Below, in pieces: positions 1-11,600 of a DNA stretch of 64,000 bases; the first letter of the stretch is position 1; the number at the start of each line of letters is the position of its first letter. The notes under the pieces were generated by a model. That model ran no database searches. It had not been told where the DNA came from and saw only the letters and a program-made list of their open reading frames with translations. The stretch spans positions 88,598,001 to 88,662,000 of the forward strand of contig NC_042997.1 in NCBI RefSeq assembly GCF_006345805.1, given 5' to 3'. Both the position numbers and the translations under genes were made by a program. The stretch comes from Octopus sinensis. Lineage: Eukaryota.

Positions 1-435
1 AATCGTTTTTATCCTGGAACAAGATGAGGAACTTCTCTGAGAGGCAAAGATTACATTTCATAGGCCTTTTATAATCTCCATGGCTGTATGCTGATGCTTT
101 TTCTAGAATTTTGCAGATTACATTGAAAGGACAGGTGTCATTCTCTTACAGTTCCCAGACATGCTTTGCAAGACTAGTTGCTGTCCTGTTCTCCGGGTAT
201 CAGAAAGAATTGCTGTGGGAATAGAATCGAGTCTTGAATGAATTCTCTGAAACCCTTTTATATGTTTTATATTCTTTCGAGCCATCTATTTGCACTTTGC
301 TTCTATAAACTATACCTTTCTCAAGGCATTTTCCTTCCAATGGACAGCAAGTCTCATCTTTGCAGTTGCAGTTCCTCAGATTAGATTTGGCACTGTAGTT
401 GTCTTTAATAATTTTTGTGTTATACTGGCTAATAA
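1..435 (-). mobile_element. Penelope-like element GIY-YIG endonuclease remnant
   Basis: Minus translation with stops: RNCNCKDETCCPLEGKCLEKGIVYRSKV...FKTRFYSHSNSF...TSLAKHVWEL...KCNLCLSEKFLI, typical of the PLE C-terminal domain. Confidence 0.8.
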
Positions 436-790
436 AAGATCAGTAAGTGAATAGGTGACCGGCAGGTTTCCTGAAGTTAGTATTACAAACCATAAGGTCA
501 TTTGCATTGCAGAGCTCCAGCAGCCTGGTCCCCTCCTCATTGCAGGAACCAAAACTATAGCCTCCATGTATGCCATGGAAGTTCGCTGCATGTTGTCCAA
601 GATGCCCATTGAAGTTGCCAGCCACAAAGAGGAGGTCTCTGTCATTCATCGACAAGGTAGTCTGCAAGAGGGTGTCATAAAATCGGTCTTTCTGTTTATA
701 AGGTAGCCCTGGCTGAGGAGCATAGGCCGAGATAATGGTTGCTAACCCATGTTGCAGCAGTAATCTACTCATAAGTATTCTGTCACAGTG
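436..790 (-). mobile_element. RTE LINE APE-endonuclease fragment
   Basis: ORF 440-772: IISAYAPQ..FYDTL..LFVAGNFNGHLG..NEEGTRLLELC..LMVCNTNF. Confidence 0.85.
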
Positions 791-829
791 TTCTCTGCCC
801 AGAAGATCTTATACCTATGTCCTTTGCCT

Positions 830-1860
830 GTGAGGAACCTAGCAGAACTTCCTCTCATCTTTACTTCTTGGATGCAGCACAAATCTACATGTCTCTGTTC
901 ATTGCCTATGAAAGATACTCATGGAAAATATGTGGAGATTTAAAAGTCATTGGAATGTTAATAGGAATGCAGCCAGGTTTCTTGTGTCTGTGGGATAGTC
1001 AGGCAACTGACAGACATTATTCAGAATCAAACTGGCAGACAAGAACATCATACCAGCCAGGACTTCTAACATCAAGAATACACTGCTTGTAGACTCATGT
1101 AATGTCCTATTGCCTCCTTTGCACATAGAACTTGGACTGATGAAAGAATTTGTAACAACACTAGGGAAGAGAAATGCCAGAGGGTTTGAGTATATTGTGA
1201 AAAAGTTTCCCCAAATCACACAGGCAAAGTTGAAAGAAAGTATCTTTGTCAGACCCCATATTAGAGAAGTACTCAAAGATGTCAACTTCAAGACAACACT
1301 GGATGAACTGGTACTGCTTACCTGGAATGCTTTCAATTGGATCTGTGAGAATTTCTTGGGCAACAAGAAGGCAATGGACTCCAAGGATGGCATCAAGAAT
1401 CTTTTGAAATGGGTTGTCATATGTCAGTGAAAGTTCACTTCTAGGACTCCCATCTGGATTTTTTTGCAGATAACCTTGGAGCAGTATTTAATGAACATGG
1501 TGGAAAATTTCACCAGGACATTAATTCTATGGAGAAATGGTACCAAGGCTTCTGGAATGATAGTATGCTTGCTGACTACTGCTGAAGACTTCACCATGAT
1601 CAACCAGATCAGGAACACTGCAGGAAATCCAAATCTGTTTTGTTTGACCCATTTTTTGTGTATTCACTCTTTGTAGAATGATAGTGATGATTTTTAACTC
1701 AATATACTCATTTACTTTCTAAAAATAATATGCTGCATACAAATGGAGTGAAATTTTGAAATCATCATGAAACATTAGTCTAAAAGAGTTGGTTTGCATT
1801 CATAAGATAGAATTCAAAAGTAACAAGAAATGTATGCAAGAAAAATGTACAGTCCATTAA
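830..1860 (+). mobile_element. Decayed cut-and-paste DNA transposase, probably Chapaev/CMC-type
   Basis: Frameshifted GDLKVIGMLIGMQPG..FLCLWDS; PPLHIELGLMKEFV; AKLKESIFVRPHIR; ENFLGNKK; HGGKFHQDI. Superfamily assigned from memory of motifs only. Confidence 0.6.
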
Positions 1861-3809
1861 AGGTAGAGTGAAAAAATAAAAAGCAAACGTTTGTAATTAG
1901 CAAATATGCTTAAAAGTAATGAAAGGGTCTCTGACTGACATAGATTCACTCAGTAAAGCAAACAACTCTGGAAATGAAATAATGTTTCTATTTTTGACAA
2001 AGAAATGCTGGAATGCTTAACAAATTATATATAAAAAATGGCTGATCATTACTTGGTCAAAAATAGACTTGATGTGCAGAAACAAACAAGGCTATGGTGA
2101 ACTGTTTGTTTTTATTCTTTATAAAATTACAATAAGTTGTTTAAAAAATTATTTGACATTAAGCTTCAAGATAATTCTGTGTCCCTCTATGAAAATGTTT
2201 TGATTAAGATGCCTTTGATGAATGTGTTTTCAATAAATGTACCATAGCCCATGTGTGTATGTGTGTCAATGTTTATGTGTAAGTTAAACTGGTGTTGTGT
2301 CAAACAATGTAATTTAGCAATTCAGCAAACATAAATCAATCAAATAAGTACCAGATTGAAATATACACTAGGGTTGATATGATCAACTAAATTCCTTGAA
2401 GTTGGTGCATATTGCAGTCTAATGACTGAAATCAGTTAATGAACAAGAGAATGGTAAAAATTACCATTGTCTAACGAATTAAGTTTGTATACTATTACAT
2501 TACCTATAGGATGTTTGAAATTATAGGGAGTAGTTAAAGGTTGATTAAGCTGTTATTATTTGCCTGTTTTGGGTGGCAGACCTCATCTATTGCTTGCTTT
2601 AACATACCCACCTAGCCCTTGGGTCCCTTCAGTCAAGTTGACTCTGTTGTAAGCAATCAGACTAAATCTCCAAATATATCAACACCTTTCTCATTTTTTT
2701 CCCCATGTAAAAGTATTTCCACTGCCCTTCCTCCTTTAACAGGGCTATAAGGAAATAAAGTTGAATAACAGCATAGAGGCTCCATTGTTGGCTCAAGAGA
2801 CTCCTTTTGGTGTTTCAGCTCAGTCTTCCTTGCCTATATCTACTGAAACTACGATCAGAACTAAGTCATCAAAAGAGAACCAATAGAGAAACCTTTATGT
2901 CATCACTCAACCTACTAGAAATAACAGTTAAATCTCCCTCAGATCACATGCAACCATTTTTAAAAAAGAAAAATTTACAACACATCTAGAACAACATTAT
3001 TCTGTGTCTGGTCATTGCCTTTGATAATTGGTCTGCTCAGTCAGGGCTGTTCTGGGGCAAATGAACAAGTTATCAAGATTGCTGAGGAAACACAAGTCCA
3101 CTCTGCCACACTTCATTCCCCAGAACTACATAATAAATGAATGTATGTCAGGGTGCCCAGTATGGACCTCAACCTGTCGGTAGCATGGCAAATTGGGCAT
3201 GTTGATTTGAAGGAGTCAGTTGGTCATTGGATTGCATCAGTGATCAGCTGACTCTATTTTGTGCCATAGCTCTGCTTAACCCTCACTGACCACAACAGGA
3301 TCTTCAACTGTTTTACAGTCTTTATTAATATCTAATTTTTTGGATGATTTGCATCCTATATGAGATACTGAACACTCTGAAATAAGAGAAAAGAAATCTC
3401 ATTAACAAAATGAAAGATCTATGCATGACCTGAAACCTTACAAGGAGTGATATAGAAAAATGATGAAAGACTATCTATACTTAACATTGATAATGGTTGT
3501 GATGATACAGTTAAAATTCAAAAGAGTAATGAATGAGACAAAGAAACATAGTTAAGCAAGTAGTTGGATAGAAAGTATGGTAAGTTAAGATTCACCAGTT
3601 ATTCAAGAAGCTCTTCTATGAATTCAGTCACCAGTGGTTGTTACAAATATACTTATTTTGTATTACTTTTGATTAGGAAATATCTAAAATATCTAGCTCA
3701 AGACAACTAAAAATATGAAATAAGTCTTTTGGCTTAAAAATGGTGTTAGATCAGTGCCTTGATAACAGAAAATTGGTAATATAGTTCTATATTTAAGAGA
3801 TGAGGAATT

Positions 3810-4212
3810 ATGTACATTATTTACATTTGACGGATATTTGTTCTCATCTTGTTTGTTGTTAACACGTTTTGGGAAATTTTGAACCTGGGTTCTCATTCCT
3901 AGGGTATTTTTTGTTATTATTATTAAGGTCACTGCCTAGAATCGAACTCGGAATTTGGGGGTTAGTAGCCTGCACTCTTAACCACTATGCCATATGGCAT
4001 AGTGGTTAAGAGTGCAGGTGACTAGCTCCAAGATTCCGAGTTCAATTCCAGGCAGTGACCTTAATAATAATAATAACAACATCAAAAAATACCTTGGGAA
4101 TGAGAACGCAGGTTCAAAATTTCCACAAGACACCTGATGAAGGCTGGAGGATATATCAACCGAAATGTTATGTTAACAACAAACAAGATCCATCAAATAT
4201 AAATAATGTAGA
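3810..4212. mobile_element. Palindromic head-to-head tRNA-derived repeat with minimal hammerhead ribozyme in the right arm
   Basis: Axis at 3993/3994 (gccatatggc). Each arm has an A box (TGGCATAGTGG on the + arm), a B box (GAGTTCAATTCC), an (AAT)n run and a shared tail. CTGATGA (4134-4140)...GAAA (4162-4165) occurs only in the right arm. Confidence 0.75.
4129..4174 (+). ncRNA. Minimal type I hammerhead ribozyme motif (decayed)
   Basis: GACAC-CTGATGA-A-GGCTG..CAACC-GAAA-TGTT-ATGTT; stems I and II each carry one mismatch. Confidence 0.6.
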
Positions 4213-4685
4213 AAATTGGTTCCTGCATATTCTCAGTTATGATAATATTGATTCTAAAAGAAAACATTTTTCTTTTACTGTATTAAATTCCTGTCTATTT
4301 AACTTGCTGTTTTCTTAGGAAAGTTATTCTTTTAAAGCAACTGGGATTTATAAATTTTGTACATTCAACTCATGTATCATAGTAGCTATTAAAGTTTCTT
4401 TTTCAAAACTCTGTGGTATATCTATATATTTTAGTCTATAATTCTTTGATAATACATCCTCTGGAATTTTAGTATGGTTTTGAAAAGTAGTCCATGAAGT
4501 GCACAGTTTGTATATGTTGAGATAAGACATGGAGAAACTTCATTATGTTTTAATAGTCAATTATACTTTCCAACATATTTTTCATGTCATTTAGATTAAA
4601 GTTATCTTGTTAATTGTTTGTGAATTGTTTTCCCATCATTAATTCTCTTTATCCACAAAATTAAACTATGAATATTTTCTTTTAG

Positions 4686-4726
4686 CTGACACCCAAGAAT
4701 TATGCCGTGTTTTAACAGAAGATGCT
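4686..4726 (+). CDS. SHFL: SHFL homologue exon (41 nt, xDTQELCRVLTEDA)
   Basis: ttttag acceptor and gtaagt donor; LTE motif as in human LTEANL; phase 0 join to the next exon. Confidence 0.75.
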
Positions 4727-7700
4727 GTAAGTAAACATTAATCTATTTAAGAATTAATTTGTTTCTAAGGGTTCATAAATGAACACAAAATTTTTTTCTC
4801 TCTTTTTCTATTTTATGTTTAGAATATTGTCTGTAAATGTATCTCAAATAATATTCTCTTCAGTACTGTGGGCTAAATCTTGAACATGACAGTAGTACTT
4901 TGACAATGTGAATGAAATGTGTTTATTTTATTTTTAATTAAAAGTTATAATTTACATTTACTTCTTTCATTACTTCTTTCCTGTTTTCATTAATCTTCTG
5001 ATTTCTTCTACTGAAATATGAATTTTTCATACATAAATCCTTCTCCACCCTCCTTACCTTATTTTACGTATTAAATTCAGGCTAACCTATTTTAAAAACT
5101 TTCCTTACTCAGCAGCATTTTGTGACCTAAACTTTGTAGTACATAATACTTCTCGGATAAGAGACTTTAATTAGTCTCAAAGCATTAATCAGAAGTTATA
5201 TTACTCAAATTAAAGAAACGGAAATGAAAAAGACAAAATTGAGTCTGTTAAAAAAAGATTCCAACATTCTTTCCCAGCAGTACCCATGTATTCTTGTTGT
5301 TTTTGACCTAATAATTTTCCCCCAACTTCAGACAAACTAACCTCATGTTTATAAATTCAATCATCTCTCTAACTATAATATTGTATTTGACCAACTCACA
5401 TAACTCTTCATATCTCAGGTTGCCTGGATAATAAAAACTGTTGTGCTGTCTAGTCAAATATTTTAATGATGCTTATTAAACCTATTGGCTAATCTCTGCC
5501 CAGTCTTCCCTACATATAGATCACCTAGTCAGTATTTAATTCAATTGATGAGATTTCTGGTGGTGCAGGTGAACTGGTCTGTAAGGTGGAGAAATAAATT
5601 AAGTCATATAAGGGTGGTAGTGTTCAAATGACACCTTTCATTTATGTTTTACATTTTTTTGTTATTTCTAATTATTCAAAATTTTTGATTTTTTTAAAAA
5701 TTAAAATTGTTAATTTTTCAGGACACGGTTGCTAAACTGAACTACATTAGGAATAATGATAAACTAGTGGAAGAGGCTAAACAAAATTACATTGGCTTAG
5801 CTATTCGTCAGTTTACATGCCATCCTTGTAATAATATGTGGTGGCGTGTCACTCCAAGGAGAAAACCTGTGAGTTTTACAAATCTTAATCTGTTTTATAT
5901 CACCTTTGATTTCATTTTCTAACATTACCTATCTGTTTTACCTATCTCTCTGATGAGCACTGAAAATGCCAAAATTCTTTATAATTTGAGACTTCAATAA
6001 GTTTTCAGTTCTTGGAAGCAGGTTATTTTGTTTCACTTATGCAGTCAAGAGTTTAGATAAAATCACACATGAACATACTCTATTGTTGTTGTTGTTGAAG
6101 ATGTCGTTGTCAACAGCTGCTGTGGCAGCAGTAACAAGAATAATGGTGATGGCAGCAGCAGTAGTAGTATAGTAGTAGTAGTAGTTGTTGTTGCTACTGG
6201 AAAATGTTTGACATGTTCAATGCCAGTGTGGAACTGCAATAGGATATCAAACGATCAATCAACTGAAGTATCAAAAGACTGAACTCTAAATGGCCTGGTC
6301 TATCTATCTTTTAACTGGGTGCTGTTTTTTCGTGGCAGCATGAGTGTTTTAATGTTATACAACACTGCATTCAACTCCATCTTGTGTCATCTCCATACTA
6401 GGGTTGACCTTTACATTAGCCATTATGACTGATTTTTTATTCATTTAGTCTGGAAGAAAGAACTGTCCATAGCCTTCATGGGACCTCTGGCACTAGGAAT
6501 ATTGATATGGTTAACTTCATCTTGAGCTGTTTAAGGTAACAACTGCTGAGAAAACATGTGCAAGGAAAACATGTTTCAGAGGGCTGATTTTCTGGAAGAG
6601 GAAGGACTGAACATAGTGATTAGTGCAGGGTTTGAGTGAAAGTTGCCTGAGTAGAAGTGGCTTGAGATGATCCAATTCTAAAGATTACAAGCTTCCTTAG
6701 TAGTGGTTGAAGAGACTGAAGGAGGAGACAGCACATCCAGAAGTGGGACAGAGGTTGAAGCATGTTGGATGATCTTTCTTTGAATGCTGTCTAAGATGTC
6801 TGAGTTTGAAGTGGCAGTGCAGATATGGGGACAGTACACCATTATGGACTTCACTTAGGCTTTGCAGAGAGTTAGTAGTAGTTGGGAATTAATTTTTTTG
6901 GCTCTGAAAAGGTAAGTTTGTCTTTGTGAAGCAGTTTTGCCTATTATGAATTTGTGTGCTTGCCAACAGAGATTCTCAATGATGCTGAAGCCTAACATTT
7001 GTAGTGACCTTGAGGCCTCTAGTTACATACTGTTTGGGTTTAGGAGGTGGCAGGTATGTATAGTGATTGTAACTTACTGCTGAAAGAGACAAGGTTGTCA
7101 TGAACTCAGTGGAACATATTTTTAAAGTCTTTGTTCATGGAATCATTGTAGAATTGGCATAAAATGTCTTGATTGCATATGGAAGGTTAGGAAGGAATGA
7201 TAGTTATTATTTGCACAGAAGACTGTTAGAGTTAATGACACTTGATACATAGGCCATTGATATATATATATATAAATATATATATAAAAGAGGTCAAGTG
7301 TGAGGAGCTAAACCATGGGGAACATCAGAGTTGATAAAATGTGAAGCGAGAATTTGTCAGAAAGCCCCCCCCCCCCCCCAGGAAAGTGAAATGGCCCACG
7401 TTACATGACAAAAACAATGAAGTTTGTGGGTAAGAATCTGATGCTTTGGGGATACATAAAAAGTGATGGTTCAAGAGAGTTGGTTAAAATTGATGGTAAC
7501 TTGAATAGTACCAAATACATCCAGTTGATGAAGGACAATTTGATACTAGACATGGATGAAGATGAGATTTTTCATCATGACGGAGCTCCATGCTGCAGAT
7601 TACATACAACATAACAGAGTCTGGCTGATGAAGGTGTTACTGTATTGAAAGATTGGCCAGCTCACAGCCCTGACTTAAATATCATTGAGCATATGTGGAC

Positions 7701-8616
7701 AGAACTGAAGAGAAGAGTTCATTAGAAGAATCCATGCAATCTTTAAGAGTTATGGGAGCTCAGCCACAAGAATGGTATCTCATACCTGTGAAGATGGTGA
7801 AGGATTTGTACACATCTCTTCCCAGGCACATTGAAGCAATTATTCAAGCTAAGAGAAGCCACATGAAATATTAACCAATATACAGTAACTTCTTGAAATG
7901 AATGTTATGTAATAAATTTTCATTATAGACATTTTTCTGTTTTAAAATGCTGTATCTTGATCGCTTTGTGTGAGGTGGCCAAAAACTTTTGCATGGCTCT
8001 TTTTTGTGGTTATTTCGCATCTTTCCCTCTCATTCACAATACCTACTACAAAATATAATGATTAGGTATGGAAATGACTCCAACAGGGGCAATGTTTCAT
8101 CTGTAAAAATGCAATGCAAAGCATCCACTTATAAGTTGGCAATACTAGAAATTTACAATAGTTTAAAGTGGCTAAAGACTTTTGCACAGCACTGTGTATG
8201 CATATTCACACATCCTAAACTTGAAGTAGATATTTATATGTGAAGATACTATCTTTCCAAGGTTTCAAGATGTAAAACATGCCAAGTTCGGTATGATCCT
8301 GTCCCAAAAGATGTTGAATTTGGAAGTGCTGTATTTGTTTGTAAGAGTTGTAACAATGAATTCAGGTAAGTTTGAATCACCTTTGATTTCATTTTCTAAC
8401 ATTTATCTTTAATCCTTTACTTGTTTCAGTCATTGGATTGCAGCCATGCTGAAGCAATGTCTTGAAGAGTATGGTCAAAATAATTGATCCCTGTACATAT
8501 ATTTTTAAGCCTTGTACTTATTCTATCAGTATATTTTTGTCAAACCAAGTTACTGGGTCATAAACAAACCAACACCAGTTGTCAAGCTGTGACAAGGGAC
8601 AAACACAAAGACACAG

Positions 8617-8665
<49 letters not shown>

Positions 8666-11600
8666 CACACACACACCATGTGCTTCTTCCAATTTCTTTT
8701 TATCAAATCCACTCCCATGGCTTTGCCTGGCCTTGGGCTATAGTAGAAGATACTTGCCCTAAGTGCCACACAGTGGGACTGAACCTGGAGCCATGTGGTT
8801 GAGGAGCAAACTTCAAACTTCTTATCACACAGTGGCATTTATTTGTTTTCAAAGAATGTCAGACAGAATCCTAGTTATAACATCACTTTATGCTCTGAAT
8901 TCAAATCCTACATATATCAACTGTTACCTTTCACACGCTTTCCCTGCTCATTTAAATAAATAACTGCCAAATGTTTTGAGTGGACCAGAGCTTTCCGAGT
9001 GAAATATTTGTTGGACAGAAACTTTGCAGAAGCCCTTTAAATATGTGCATGCACACTCATGTGTGCGCACACACACCATCATTATTTTTATATCTGCTTT
9101 CTTTGCTGACATGGGTTGGATGTTTTGATAGAATCCAACAGGCTGGAGGACCATGTCTTGCTCTACTGTCTCAGTTTGGCTTGGGCTTTATAGTTGGATG
9201 TTCTTCCTAAAACTACCAATACCAACAACTTTTCAGAGTATACTGAATGTGTTTCATATGGCACCAGCATTAGTGTGGCTATCTTGTAGCTTGCAAAACT
9301 AAGGAGCCACTTCAACTAAGCGAGAGGATAGGAGATAAGGTGATCATTTAATGCAGTGTGTTGGGAGGTTAGTGTATGATGGGAGGAACCAGTACAAATA
9401 TATTATTGTGGAGGAGATGCATGATTACCTCATGTTTTACTTGGGTTGGTGGGGATAGCTGGAGTAATGCCTGGAAGATAGGGGAATCTAGTTGTGCCAA
9501 AGTACTGGAACATACACTCAAGATAATGTGTCCAAGAAGGTGAATAGAAGGCAGCATGGATATAGAGGAATTGGTGTGGTTGATAAGGTTCCAAGAGTGT
9601 AGTTGGAGAGTGAAAGCAATATAAACCTGGGCTGGAGATGGTTATGTGTGTTTATTGGGGATGAATATAGTGAATGGTGAACAGGAGCAGGGTGATAAAA
9701 ATGAGTTGCAGAGGATGAGGATGATGATGATGTTGAGAATGAGGGATGGATGTTGGTTGGCAGTAGCAAAGAGAAGGCTTTATTCCGCTACTTTAGGGAC
9801 ATAGAGCTACAGGATATAATGTTTTCACTGGTAACATAAACACAATGACATTCACTTAAACTCAGACAATCTCATGCAAGAAGTAGAACTAACAGCTTTC
9901 ATGTTCATACACACATGCACACACAAATGTGCACACCCAGTGGGACTTTCATAGTTTCCATCTACCAGTTTGATTCACAAGACACTTGCCCAGCCCATGT
10001 TGGTTGTGAAAGTGGACTGCTAAATCATACAGCCATGCTTGCACCTATGATAATAGTAAGTATTGTTGCAACAGTAATAATTTGCTATATAGACATGAGA
10101 CTAGAAATTTAGGTGAAGAGGAACAGTCAATAATACTGACCCTGATCCTTTTAATTTATTAACCCCACAGCAAAGAAAGATATGGTTGACCTTGGAAGGA
10201 TTTGAACTCGGAGCTTAAATAGCTCAAATAAACCTTGTTTGATGCTCTAACAATTCCAAAAACTCTCTGCTCTAGTAATAATAATAATAATTATTTTGAA
10301 AATAGTTGACATGGCTCCTAGAATTTGACAGGTGCTTTATTTTATCGATGTACCAGAAGAATGAAAAGCAAAGTGAATCACAATAGGATTTGTACTCAGA
10401 ATTAAAGCGTCAGAATAAATACTGCAGGCATTTTGCTAATTACTCTAATGATTATGCCAAATTATAATAATAATAGTGGGTTCAAATTTTTGCACAAGGC
10501 CAGCAGTTTTAAGGGAGGAAGCAAATCGATTACATCGATTCCTGCACTCAACTGGTATTTATTTTATTGACCACAAAAGGATGAAATGCAAAGTTGACTG
10601 CTGAGGAATTTGAACTCAAAATGTAAAGTTGGAAGAAATGCTGCTAAGCATTTTGTCTGGTGCAGTAACCATTCTCCCAGTTTGCAGCTTTACTAATAAT
10701 AGCACCATTAACCCTTTTGTTACTGTATTTATTTTGAAATGCTCTGTGTTCTTTCAATTACTTTATATATAACAAAGAATTTAGTAAAATAACTTGGTTA
10801 TCATTAAGCTAGTGTTAGGAACATAAAATGTGACTAAGGTTTGGTAGAAGATTTTAATTCAAAACTTATGGAAACAAGACATTTGTACTCAGAGCCAGAG
10901 TCGGTTTTAGCCGGGTTGGTAATAAAAGGGTTAATAATTAATTTCAATTTTGAAAGAAGTGTACCCGTACTGGTATTTTATTCTATTGGCTCCAGAGGGA
11001 TGAAAGGCAAAGTCAACTTCAGGATTTGGGTTCATAATGTAAAATGCAGGAACAAATATTCCAAGGCTAATGCTTCAATGATTTCATCAAACCACTACTG
11101 TTAATAATAATAATAATAATCCTTTCTATTATAGGCACAAAGCCTGAAATTTTGGTAGGAAGGGGCTAGTTGATTATATCACCCACAGTGCTCAGCAGAT
11201 ACTTATTTTATTTTTATCAACCACAAAGAGGTGAAAGGCAAAGTCAACCTTGATAGAATTTGAACTCAGAATGTTAAGCTGGACAGACTGTAAAGACAGA
11301 TGAAATGCCACTAAGTATTTTGTCTGGCATGCTAACAATTCTGCCTGTTTGCCACTTTCAGTAATAATAATAATTATTATTATAATGATAATACCCTTTC
11401 TACAATAGGTACATGGCCTGAAATTTTAGTGGGGAGAGAACATCAACTCCAGTACACAACGGGTATTTATTACATTGACCTCCCTAGAAGGATGAGAGGC
11501 AAAGTCAACCATCACATGTCTTCTGCATTAGGGCCGATGTCTTGCTACTATGCAGCATCTCCCAGCCCATGCAGTTGCGAAAGTGGACTGTTAAACCATG

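Noticed and set aside
3150-3210. HDV-like ribozyme
   Set aside because: Could not build consistent P1, P1.1 and P2 pairings; the L3 candidate is too long.
3994-4060. Functional tRNA gene
   Set aside because: A and B boxes are present but there is no proper acceptor stem or T-run terminator; it is part of the palindromic repeat. No true tRNA or rRNA genes were seen in the window.
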